In this document: positions 8,478-16,850 of the stretch, piece after piece | Numbering within the stretch: the first letter of the stretch is position 1 | Layout: each line of letters starts with the position of its first letter | DNA from: Planctomycetota bacterium | Lineage (GTDB): Bacteria; Planctomycetota; UBA8108; UBA1146 | Length of the DNA: 32,966 nucleotides | Assembly (NCBI GenBank): GCA_002711105.1 | Contig: PAIH01000039.1 | Span: 1,360 to 34,325 of the forward strand | Direction: 5' to 3' | Translations under genes and position numbers: made by a program | Notes under the pieces: model-generated | The model's database searches: none | What the model was told of the DNA's origin: nothing | Seen by the model: only the letters and a program-made list of their open reading frames with translations

Positions 8478-9200
8478 TCAAATAGGAGCCCTGCGTTCTA
8501 GTTCCTGCACTCGGTCTTGCAAGGATCGTACCGCTTGCTCAAGTTGCTCCAGTCGAGCAACCGTTGGTGCTGGAATGGTGCCGGAGGCGGAGCTAGTTCT
8601 TGTCGTTTGAGAGCTAGCTGCCGACTCGTCGGCAGCTTCTGTCGATTCGGCTTGTTGGAGAAGAGCTACCTGCTGTGGCTCCTGCAGTAGATGACCCCAT
8701 CGAACCCCCCGACGGACGCCTTCGGCAGAAAATCTCGCTGCCAGTGGAGGATCCTGTTGAGACAGCCCCTGTAATACCTCATCGAGTGCTGCAAGGTCGG
8801 GAATCTCTTTCATCCGGGATGCCCGGGCACGCAATTCTCCCAGCGTCTGAGGTCCTCGCAAAAGAAACTCTGCCACCACCGCCATCGAACGGCCGTCCAG
8901 TTGCAGCTGTTTGGTCAGTTCCTGACGCCATTTCCCCACTCGAGAACCCGCTGCGTGAACCTGGGTGGCAAAGCCACGCCCCGCCAGCAGCCGCAGTACA
9001 TCTTCGACCTCGTCTTCCATCCAGGACACCACTGGATCACGGTTCGATTTCTGATTGCAGCCGGTCACCACCTGATTGAGGGTCAGGGGGTAGTACTGTG
9101 GAGTTGCGAGGGATTTCTCGATGAGAACCCCGACGATTCGTTGTTCCTGTGCATCCAGGATGATCGGCTCCGACATTTCGCCCTCTCGAATCGGGGACAT
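8478..9200 (-). CDS. yceH: YceH / DUF480 family protein
   Basis: EQRIVGVLIEKSLATPQYYPLTLNQVVTGCNQKSNRDPV and LLRGPQTLGELRARASRM are DUF480 signatures; C-terminal coiled coil. Alternative start at 9176. Confidence 0.9.
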   Translation of the reverse strand: MSPIREGEMSEPIILDAQEQRIVGVLIEKSLATPQYYPLTLNQVVTGCNQKSNRDPVVSWMEDEVEDVLRLLAGRGFATQVHAAGSRVGKWRQELTKQLQLDGRSMAVVAEFLLRGPQTLGELRARASRMKEIPDLAALDEVLQGLSQQDPPLAARFSAEGVRRGVRWGHLLQEPQQVALLQQAESTEAADESAASSQTTRTSSASGTIPAPTVARLEQLEQAVRSLQDRVQELERRAPI

Positions 9201-9357
9201 GATCTCCCTGCGGGGCTATTGGCCCCTCAGGCTTTAAAATACAGGTTACGACGGGATGCCGGGGGTGGCGAGTGACTGCCTCACTGGTTCACCATCGATT
9301 CCCGCCCCTCCTGCGGCTACGATTCACGGTCTTTGGTTGCAGAAGAGGGGGAGAAGA

Positions 9358-9936
9358 ATGCCGCGCAAGCGACGCATCGATCAGCATCGGGCAGACGCCG
9401 ATCTCCGGCAACAAAGAAATCGTCCGCAGCTGTCGTTGATCCTCGATAACGTCCGTAGCCTGACCAACGTCGGGGCCATCTTCCGTGCCGCTGATGGGTT
9501 CGGAGTACGAAAGATCTTTCTCTGTGGAATCACTCCCACGCCACCGCGACCGGAGATCGAAAAGATATCACTGGGTTCGGAACAGACCACCCAGTGGGAA
9601 CATGTCGAAGATCCTGCAATGGCAGTGCGAACCCTCCAGAACGAAGGAGTCACGGTCCTTGCGCTGGAGCAAACCCAGAACTCCCATTCCCTCTACGAAA
9701 TCGATCCTCCTCATCCTCTCGCGATCGTGGTGGGTCATGAAGTAGTGGGAATCGATGAGCAGGTTCTGTTCCTCTGTGACGGAACAGTTGAGATTCCGAT
9801 GTTCGGTTCCAAGCACTCACACAACGTCGCCACCTCTTGCGGAATCGTACTGTCCGAAGTGCGGCGAAACTGGCTCTCCCTAGGGAATCCTCCTCCCTGG
9901 GAACTGCCCTCAAAAAATTCGACAGAGAGGAACTGA
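9358..9936 (+). CDS. TrmH/SpoU family RNA methyltransferase
   Basis: LILDNVRSLTNVGAIFRAAD, VGHEVVGI and EIPMFGSKHSHNVA are SPOUT motifs. ATG at 9358 after a purine-rich RBS (ORF track 9256). Confidence 0.9.
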   Translation: MPRKRRIDQHRADADLRQQRNRPQLSLILDNVRSLTNVGAIFRAADGFGVRKIFLCGITPTPPRPEIEKISLGSEQTTQWEHVEDPAMAVRTLQNEGVTVLALEQTQNSHSLYEIDPPHPLAIVVGHEVVGIDEQVLFLCDGTVEIPMFGSKHSHNVATSCGIVLSEVRRNWLSLGNPPPWELPSKNSTERN

Positions 9937-9937
9937 C

Positions 9938-10915
9938 ATGAGTCACTGGTTAGCAGGACTCGATGAAGCGGGATACGGCCCCCAACTGGGACCGCTGGTG
10001 ATTGGATTCGTAACACTGAAGTGCGAAAAAAGGATCGCCGCCGATAGCCCATGGGATCTTCTTTCCCCTCTGATTGGAGCTGCGGGTCGTAGAGACAAGA
10101 ACGTGATCTCGGTCGCGGACTCGAAGAGACTCCACAGACCTGGAACCGGAGATCTTTCTCGACTGGAAGAAGGAGTGCTGTCCTTCATCGGTGCCGAGCG
10201 AGGAACCGTTCCTCGTACCTTTCGGCAGTTGATCGATCACTGCACCGCGAATCGATCCTCCTACCTCGACGAATATCCGTGGTATCGCGACCAGGATCTG
10301 GATCTGCCCCATTCCTGCTCCAGCATCAACCTCAGCGGCAAGATCAGGAGACTCGAACGAACATTCGACCGATGCGCCATCTCCTCAGGAGAGATCCGCG
10401 CCATTCCGCTGGAAGTGAGGGAGTTCAACTCCCAGGTCAAGGAACGAGGAGGAAAAGGAGCCGTCGATGCCTGGGCGATGGGCCGATTCCTTCGCTGGCT
10501 CTGGCTCCAATCTGACCGAAAACAGATCGAGGTGTGGGCAGATCGACTCGGCGGCAGGGAACGATACGGTCCCCTGCTCTATCCATTATTCCCGGGGTGC
10601 ATCTTCAAGATTCTGGAGCAGGACAAGGAGCGCCAGTCCTACAGGGCCACTTCGGTACAAGAAAATCGTGTCGTCGATGTCCATTTCCGCAAGCAATGCG
10701 AACAGTACAGCTTCTGCACCGCGCTGGCCTCGATGACCGCAAAATACCTCCGTGAACTGCACATGGTTCTTCTCAACCGCTACTGGTCACAACATGTTCC
10801 CGACCTCAAACCGACTGCCGGCTATCCTCAAGATGCGGGCCGTTTCATCGGCCAGGTGGAGGGGGCTCGGCAGACCCTGGGGATCGATACGGGACTGCTG
10901 GTGAGAAGCCGGTAG
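9938..10915 (+). CDS. Ribonuclease HII-like protein (long form)
   Basis: AGLDEAGYGPQLGPLV, VADSKRL, WADRLGG, ALASMTAKYLRE and TAGYP are RNase HII core motifs, with large insertions. Confidence 0.75.
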   Translation: MSHWLAGLDEAGYGPQLGPLVIGFVTLKCEKRIAADSPWDLLSPLIGAAGRRDKNVISVADSKRLHRPGTGDLSRLEEGVLSFIGAERGTVPRTFRQLIDHCTANRSSYLDEYPWYRDQDLDLPHSCSSINLSGKIRRLERTFDRCAISSGEIRAIPLEVREFNSQVKERGGKGAVDAWAMGRFLRWLWLQSDRKQIEVWADRLGGRERYGPLLYPLFPGCIFKILEQDKERQSYRATSVQENRVVDVHFRKQCEQYSFCTALASMTAKYLRELHMVLLNRYWSQHVPDLKPTAGYPQDAGRFIGQVEGARQTLGIDTGLLVRSR

Positions 10916-11024
10916 AGGCCCCAGGAGAGCACTAGCAGCGCTGATATTGCCATTTGCGGTTCTCTCGGCTAGGGTTCCTCACATCAGAGTATGTCCCCGG
11001 AGAAGCCGAGGAAGGAGCCTATTC

Positions 11025-12737
11025 TTGTCGCAGTCCCGTCCGACCTCCGATCTCGAGATCGCGAGAGCTGCTTCTCTCGTCGACATCCGCCAGGTGGCCA
11101 CTCGATATGGCATCGAGGAGGACGAACTGGTCCTTCATGGCAAACACATGGCAAAGATCCCTTTGTCCATCCTCGATCGAATCGGCTCCAACCCACCAGG
11201 GAAGTACATCGATGTCACCGCCATCAACCCGACTCCGCTCGGAGAGGGCAAAACTGTCACCACCATCGGATTGAGCCTCGGACTGAACCACATCGGAAAG
11301 AAAGCGGTTGCCACCATTCGACAACCTTCGATGGGTCCTGTTTTTGGCATCAAGGGAGGGGCTGCAGGAGGTGGTCATAGCCAGGTAATTCCGATGGAAG
11401 ATTTCAACCTGCATCTGACCGGCGATACCCATGCCATCGGACTCGCCAACAATTTGCTCGCTGCCTGGGTCGACACCTCGATTCTGAAGGGAAACCCGCA
11501 CCGGATCGATCCACCTACTGTTACCTGGAAACGCTGTCTCGATGTCAATGATCGCGCTCTCAGGAACATCATCGTCGGCCTCGGTGGTTCCAAGAACGGG
11601 GTTCCAAGAGAGTCTGGCTTTGACATCAGCAGTGCCAGCGAGGTGATGGCCATTCTCGGACTCTCTTCCGATAGCAGCGATCTGCGAGAGCGGCTAGGTC
11701 GTATCGTGATCGGATTGAATGACGATGGTGATCTAGTTACCGCAGAGCAACTGGGAGCCGCAGGTTCCATGGCTGTCTTACTCAAGGATGCAATTCATCC
11801 TACCTTCATGCAGACTCTCGAAGGCACGGGATGTTTTGTTCACACCGGGCCATTTGCCAACATCGCTCACGGAAATTCTTCCATCGTAGCGGATCGCATT
11901 GCCCTCAGTCTTTGTGATTACGTCGTTACCGAGAGCGGATTCGGTGCCGACATGGGTGCGGAAAAGTTCTTCAACATCAAATGTCGCCTCAGCGGAATGA
12001 AACCAGACGCTGTGGTTCTGGTCGCAACGATCCGAGCCCTCAAGGTACATAGTGGCCGCTACAAGGTGGTGCCTGGAAAACCCATGCCCGAAGAGATAAA
12101 TCAGGAAGACATCCAGGCGGTCGAGGAAGGGTGCTCGAACCTCCGCAGACATATAGAAAATCTCGGTAAGTTCGGCACTCCTGTTGTAGTAGCGCTGAAC
12201 CGGTTCCCCACCGACACCGGAGGTGAAATCGAAGCGGTACTCAACATCGCACGAGAAGCCGGTGCCTTTGATGCCGCCATCTCGGAAGTCCATTCGCATG
12301 GCGGTGAAGGCGGCGCCACCCTGGCAAAAGCTGTCGTCAAGGCTTGCGAAGAAGTCCCGGCAGATTTCAAGATGACTTACCCGGATGATCTGCCCGTACG
12401 AGATAAGATCCGCTCCATCGCCACAGAAATTTATCGAGCTGATGGAGTCGATTTCAAACCCACCGCCAGCAAGGCCATCCGGAAGTTTGAAAAACTGGGA
12501 CTGGGACATCTGCCGATCTGCATGGCCAAAACTCAGTACTCCTTCACCGACAACCCCAAGATAGTCGGGGCCCCTGTTGGTTTCAGGATCACAGTCAGAG
12601 ATGTTCGGTTGTCTGCGGGTGCAGGGTTTCTCTATGCCCTCACCGGTGACATCATGACGATGCCCGGTCTGGGCTCACGGCCAGGCCTGCTTCAGATCGA
12701 TGTCGATGAAGAAGGACGCCCGCAGGGTCTCTTCTAG
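11025..12737 (+). CDS. fhs: Formate--tetrahydrofolate ligase
   Basis: TAINPTPLGEGKT, IRQPSMGPVFGIKGGAAGGG, HTGPFANIAHG, TESGFGADMGAEKFFNIKCR, CMAKTQYS, IMTMPGL. TTG at 11025 with AAGGAG RBS (ORF track 10947). Confidence 0.97.
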   Translation: MSQSRPTSDLEIARAASLVDIRQVATRYGIEEDELVLHGKHMAKIPLSILDRIGSNPPGKYIDVTAINPTPLGEGKTVTTIGLSLGLNHIGKKAVATIRQPSMGPVFGIKGGAAGGGHSQVIPMEDFNLHLTGDTHAIGLANNLLAAWVDTSILKGNPHRIDPPTVTWKRCLDVNDRALRNIIVGLGGSKNGVPRESGFDISSASEVMAILGLSSDSSDLRERLGRIVIGLNDDGDLVTAEQLGAAGSMAVLLKDAIHPTFMQTLEGTGCFVHTGPFANIAHGNSSIVADRIALSLCDYVVTESGFGADMGAEKFFNIKCRLSGMKPDAVVLVATIRALKVHSGRYKVVPGKPMPEEINQEDIQAVEEGCSNLRRHIENLGKFGTPVVVALNRFPTDTGGEIEAVLNIAREAGAFDAAISEVHSHGGEGGATLAKAVVKACEEVPADFKMTYPDDLPVRDKIRSIATEIYRADGVDFKPTASKAIRKFEKLGLGHLPICMAKTQYSFTDNPKIVGAPVGFRITVRDVRLSAGAGFLYALTGDIMTMPGLGSRPGLLQIDVDEEGRPQGLF

Positions 12738-12758
12738 GGTACGAGAAGGGAATTACTG

Positions 12759-13466
12759 ATGTTCCTCGCAACTGCCACCTTCCTGATCTCACTGCACAGC
12801 GTCCCGGCTTACCTCGAAGATGCAAAACCAACCGTCATTTCCTGTTCGATAAAATCTCTCGGCGAAGGAGAAGAGAAGGGAAAGAGCTTCGTCGTCAAGG
12901 ACAAGAGAGGCAACCTGAAGGTCGAACTCGTAAAGAGCTCGATCATCGAGATACATACCATCACCTCGGTAAAAGATCTCGATAATGGAACCATGCTCCA
13001 TGTACTCGCCCGTAAACAGGAAGAACAGTTCGGATCCGGGGGCGCCCGCTATCCGCCGATGCTGATCCAGATCCAGGCCATCGTTGCCGGTTCCTTCAAA
13101 CCTTCAAAGATCCCCGCCAAGTTGATGGCACAGGGATTCGCCTGGGTACATGGGCCGATGATTTTGGTAGAGAATGGCCGAGAGAGACAAGTCGCGGACC
13201 ATCGCCTGAGCACGGCTCTGGGTACCGATGTGCTACTGGTCGAGCAAAAAAAACCCGCAGCTCTGAAGAAACGTCAGAAACTCTTTCTCAGCGGCTACCT
13301 CGATGCTTCAGATCGCAAAAATCGAAAACTTGAGGCCGCCGAGATCATCGTGCTTCAATCGAAGTGGAAGAAATACGACCAAACCCACGACCTGAAGAAC
13401 CGGAGGCCGCCGATCAAGAAAGAGGAGGACGAAAAGCCACAGGAAGAAGAGGATCTACCCTTCTAG
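12759..13466 (+). CDS. Hypothetical exported protein, possibly with two DUF5666-like beta units
   Basis: Hydrophobic N-terminus, Lys-rich body, acidic tail. The pattern (DL/AL)xxxxxLxVxx...IxAxxIxV occurs twice. Confidence 0.65.
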   Translation: MFLATATFLISLHSVPAYLEDAKPTVISCSIKSLGEGEEKGKSFVVKDKRGNLKVELVKSSIIEIHTITSVKDLDNGTMLHVLARKQEEQFGSGGARYPPMLIQIQAIVAGSFKPSKIPAKLMAQGFAWVHGPMILVENGRERQVADHRLSTALGTDVLLVEQKKPAALKKRQKLFLSGYLDASDRKNRKLEAAEIIVLQSKWKKYDQTHDLKNRRPPIKKEEDEKPQEEEDLPF

Positions 13467-14044
13467 GACTTCTCTGTCGATCCGAACAAGAGAGCCTGCC
13501 GAAGCCTGCCTCTGATCCTCTGAAGCATTCCGCTTTTTTGATCGTTCTGAGGCGACTCTATTTCCGCTGTGACAACTCCACCGCAACCTTGATGGTAGTA
13601 GTCACGACTTCCTGCCTTCAACCGGTTCCAGACCCTCGTTCCCACTTCAACTTCTGACCCACATCCCTGACAAACCGCCTGGTGCTGATAGTGTTGCCCC
13701 CTTGCTCGCATCTCGTGGCAACGCTCTCCATTCCCACCGATCTCGATGAATATCTTTCTCCATCGAGTCCCGTGCGCCTGAACTCTAGATCCTGCAATGA
13801 CATGGGCGAGCTCGTGCAGGACGGTGTTTCGAAATTGGGGGTGATTCTCTCGGGCCGTGAAGATCGGCGCACTGATTCCGACGGTACGAGTCTTGGCACA
13901 GGCGTTGCCCGCACTTCTGGTGAGCCTATGACTGATTCTGATTTCACACCCTTCCAGTGCAGATCGATGGTGCGGGAATCCTTGACGCACCTGTTCGAGG
14001 ATGCTCACCGCCTGCTCCAGAAGCTCTTCCCCCTGAACTTTCAA
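13463..14044 (-). CDS. SprT-like zinc metalloprotease
   Basis: SHRLTRSAG, TVLHELAH, HGTRW, and C-terminal CQGC...HQGCGG metal-binding segment. Confidence 0.9.
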   Translation of the reverse strand: MKVQGEELLEQAVSILEQVRQGFPHHRSALEGCEIRISHRLTRSAGNACAKTRTVGISAPIFTARENHPQFRNTVLHELAHVIAGSRVQAHGTRWRKIFIEIGGNGERCHEMRARGQHYQHQAVCQGCGSEVEVGTRVWNRLKAGSRDYYHQGCGGVVTAEIESPQNDQKSGMLQRIRGRLRQALLFGSTEKS

Positions 14045-14048
14045 CTAT

Positions 14049-14465
14049 TCACATCCGATCCCTGCGCAACTGCTCCAGTTCCCTGCGTAGTCGATCTACT
14101 TCTTGCTGAAGCTGCTGGTTTTTGGTCATCAGGGAGGTGTCGGACTGAACAACATCTGGACTCGATCTCCGAGTGGTTACCGAATCGGCAAAGTAGTTTC
14201 CTGCCAACATCGCCGTCTTCACTGTCGCACAATGTCGAACTTCCGCCTTGTCGGTCCATACCACTTCGTAGAGACGTTCATTTTTTGACCCGAGCCAGCC
14301 TTTGGCAAAAGGAGTCCAACGAATCGATTCGATCTGACCTCCCTTGGCGACGATTTCAACTTCAATTCGACGCTTGTCGAGCATCCCGGCAACGATGCGA
14401 ATACCAAGACCCACAGCCAATCCTAAAACAATCCAGATAGCAACTTCGGGACTAAACGTCTCCAT
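14049..14465 (-). CDS. Hypothetical membrane-anchored protein with C-terminal coiled coil
   Basis: ATG at 14465 (METFSPEVAIWIVLGLAVGLGI...), a single TM segment, WTPFAKGW motif and KNQQLQQEVDRLRRELEQLRR. ORF track start 14585. Confidence 0.7.
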   Translation of the reverse strand: METFSPEVAIWIVLGLAVGLGIRIVAGMLDKRRIEVEIVAKGGQIESIRWTPFAKGWLGSKNERLYEVVWTDKAEVRHCATVKTAMLAGNYFADSVTTRRSSPDVVQSDTSLMTKNQQLQQEVDRLRRELEQLRRDRM

Positions 14466-15390
14466 CAGATACACCTGAGTTCTCCTCTCTCGAATCGGAA
14501 CACCCCTCGGCAGCCAGCTTCTCAATCGCTCCATGGAGTGCCTGTGTCCCCAGTCGACCGCCGCCACCTCGAACCACCTCATCATACAGACCTCGAGCGA
14601 GTTTCAATCCGGCCAGTTCGATCCCCATCCGGTCGCATTCGGAGATCGCGATGCCGATGTCCTTGACGAAGTGCTCGACGAAGAAACCGGGCTGCAAGTC
14701 TCCATCCAGGATCCGAGGTGCCAGATTGGAGAGCGACCACGATCCTGCAGCTCCGCCTGAAACACTCTCCAGAACCTTGCTGGTATCGAGCCCTGCGCGC
14801 TTGGCATAGACCAGGCCTTCGCACATACCGATCATGGTGCTGGCGATGATGATCTGGTTGACCATCTTGGTGTGCTGTCCTGCGCCGGCAGTTCCGTGCA
14901 GAATTGCCTGTTTGCCCAGAACATCGAAAATCGGCCTGGCCTGCTCGAACGCTACCGCATCTCCACCGACCATGATGCTGAGAGTCCCGTCGCGGGCTCC
15001 CACGTCCCCCCCCGACACCGGAGCATCCAGGCTCAGCGCTTCTCTCTCGGTCGCCACGTCCGCGATCTTTTTCGCCAACAAGGGGGTACTGGTGGTCATG
15101 TCGATGCTGAGGCGGCACTTCGAATCGTGCTGAGGAATCGAGAAGACCCCGGCTTCTCCGAAATACACCGCTTCCACATCTGTCGGATAACCCACCATCG
15201 AGATGACGATATCATTTTGCTGCGCCAGTTCGGCGGGGCTGGAAGCCCATCGAGCTCCCGCCTCGGTAAGCGCCTCCGCCGTCGATCGGGTTCGGGTATG
15301 AACCGCAACGGAGAACCCTCCGTCGAGCAGATTTCTCACCATCGAACGTCCCATCACTCCGCAACCGATCCAGCCGACGGTGGGTGGCAT
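14452..15390 (-). CDS. NAD(P)-dependent 3-hydroxyisobutyrate dehydrogenase / 2-hydroxy-3-oxopropionate reductase family oxidoreductase
   Basis: VGWIGCGVMG, IDMTTS, LDAPVSGGDVGA, LSIMVGG, GQHTKMVNQ, FVKD. ATG at 15390 with AAAGGAG RBS. Confidence 0.93.
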   Translation of the reverse strand: MPPTVGWIGCGVMGRSMVRNLLDGGFSVAVHTRTRSTAEALTEAGARWASSPAELAQQNDIVISMVGYPTDVEAVYFGEAGVFSIPQHDSKCRLSIDMTTSTPLLAKKIADVATEREALSLDAPVSGGDVGARDGTLSIMVGGDAVAFEQARPIFDVLGKQAILHGTAGAGQHTKMVNQIIIASTMIGMCEGLVYAKRAGLDTSKVLESVSGGAAGSWSLSNLAPRILDGDLQPGFFVEHFVKDIGIAISECDRMGIELAGLKLARGLYDEVVRGGGGRLGTQALHGAIEKLAAEGCSDSREENSGVSDGDV

Positions 15391-15572
15391 GGGCTCTCCT
15401 TTGCGAAATCGGGGCGATCTGCAACTGATCGCCAGTCTACCCCAGGGTTTCACCAGATGTACCGAGAGGAGATACCTCGACATCTCTCGCCGACAGTGGC
15501 ACCATCCACCATCGGCACCCTCACGGAAGGTGCCGACATACCATTTCACGGCAACGGAAAGGCCGAGGATCG

Positions 15573-16151
15573 ATGGGGTCGAAGATCAACTTCCTGCGCG
15601 AATTCATCAAGGAACCCGGCTCCGTCGGAGCCGTCGCCCCCAGCGGTAGTGTTCTGGCTGCCAGGATGCTGGATGGCATCTCGCTCGATCAGTCTTCGGT
15701 GGTCGTGGAGCTGGGTCCAGGTACGGGTGTCTTCACGGCCGAGATTCTGACCCGGATCTCCACCCGCACCCGTTTCCTGGCAGTGGAAAAAAACCCGATC
15801 TTCGCCCGCAATCTGCAACGACAGTTCACCAGCGTCGAAATCATCGAGGGCAATGCAGCGGAGTTGTCTTCCATCCTCGACGAAAAACAACTCAAGGAAG
15901 TCGACATCGTCGTTTCAGGACTTCCGTGGGCTTCTTTCCCTGACTCGATTCAGGATGAGCTGCTGGCAGAAGTCGCCCAGGTGCTCTCCCCCGAAGGCCG
16001 TTTCGTGACCTTCGCCTACGGCGGCATACACTTATTTCCGAAGGCACGGGCATTTCGAAAGCGACTCGACCAGATCTTCGGAAAAGTCGAGAGCACTCGC
16101 CTGGCCTGGCGTAATCTCCCTCCGGCATTTGCCTACCACTGCAGGAGGTAA
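15573..16151 (+). CDS. Class I SAM-dependent lipid N-methyltransferase (Sinorhizobium/Agrobacterium PmtA-type; OlsG-like)
   Basis: FLREFIKEPGSVGAVAPSG, VVELGPGTGVFT, VVSGLPW, GRFVTFAY, WRNLPPA. Confidence 0.85.
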   Translation: MGSKINFLREFIKEPGSVGAVAPSGSVLAARMLDGISLDQSSVVVELGPGTGVFTAEILTRISTRTRFLAVEKNPIFARNLQRQFTSVEIIEGNAAELSSILDEKQLKEVDIVVSGLPWASFPDSIQDELLAEVAQVLSPEGRFVTFAYGGIHLFPKARAFRKRLDQIFGKVESTRLAWRNLPPAFAYHCRR

Positions 16152-16157
16152 CTCAAA

Positions 16158-16838
16158 GTGTCCGAATACGAGGAAATCATCTATTTCGTTCTGGGAGCTC
16201 TTGTCGTCATCGCCTTCGTGGTATGGATGGTCAGGCTAACCAAGAGGAAGAACAAGGAACGAACCGAGTCACTGGATAAGGGAATGAGATACCTCGGGCT
16301 ATCCTTCCACGCCGATTCCGATGAAAGCGCCGGCAAACTGCTGGCACCCCACCCTCTGGGAAAATGTGGATCACCCAAGGGTGCCACCAAGATTGGTCGA
16401 GGAAACTACCGCGATCAGGAGGTGGTGATCTTCGATTACACCTACGTGATCCATACCGGCAAGAGTTCTCACGCGATTACCCAAACGGTCGTGGTTCTGA
16501 AAAATGAGCAGAACTTCCCCGACCTGGATATGGGTTCAGAGAGTTTCTTTGACCGCTTCAAAGAATATTTTGGTGCCCAGGATATCGATTTCAGTTCCCA
16601 CCCCAACTTCAGTAACAAGTACCGCCTCCGCGGCGATGACGAGGACGCCATCTGCAATCTGTTCCGACCCCGCGTCCGGGAGTACTTCGAGCAGAACGAC
16701 AAGATCCAGCTCGATATCAAGGGGGATCAGATTCTGATCTACAAGCCAGGGAAATGCTGCAAGTCAGGGGAAGAGCTGGAGCCAGTTCTACAGCGGGCGG
16801 TGGCGATCAAGGAAGTACTCGGCGGCAAGAGCTACTGA
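16158..16838 (+). CDS. Hypothetical single-pass membrane protein
   Basis: GTG with AGGAGG RBS; N-terminal TM; IFDYTY and DIDFSSHPNFSNKYRLRGDDE motifs. Confidence 0.8.
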   Translation: MSEYEEIIYFVLGALVVIAFVVWMVRLTKRKNKERTESLDKGMRYLGLSFHADSDESAGKLLAPHPLGKCGSPKGATKIGRGNYRDQEVVIFDYTYVIHTGKSSHAITQTVVVLKNEQNFPDLDMGSESFFDRFKEYFGAQDIDFSSHPNFSNKYRLRGDDEDAICNLFRPRVREYFEQNDKIQLDIKGDQILIYKPGKCCKSGEELEPVLQRAVAIKEVLGGKSY

Positions 16839-16850
16839 AAACCGGGAGAG

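Noticed and set aside
10916-11024. ZTP or THF riboswitch upstream of fhs
   Set aside because: The conserved sequence elements of these riboswitches are not present.
11778-12509. 243-aa minus-strand ORF
   Set aside because: Antisense shadow of fhs.
15512-15536. Hairpin TCGGCACC-N9-GGTGCCGA resembling a tracrRNA 3' hairpin
   Set aside because: No cas genes, repeats or U-tail; it is an isolated 8-bp stem in a divergent intergenic region.
13682-15750. 252-aa and 292-aa plus-strand ORFs
   Set aside because: Antisense shadows of well-supported minus-strand genes; Arg/Ser/Pro-rich with no motifs.
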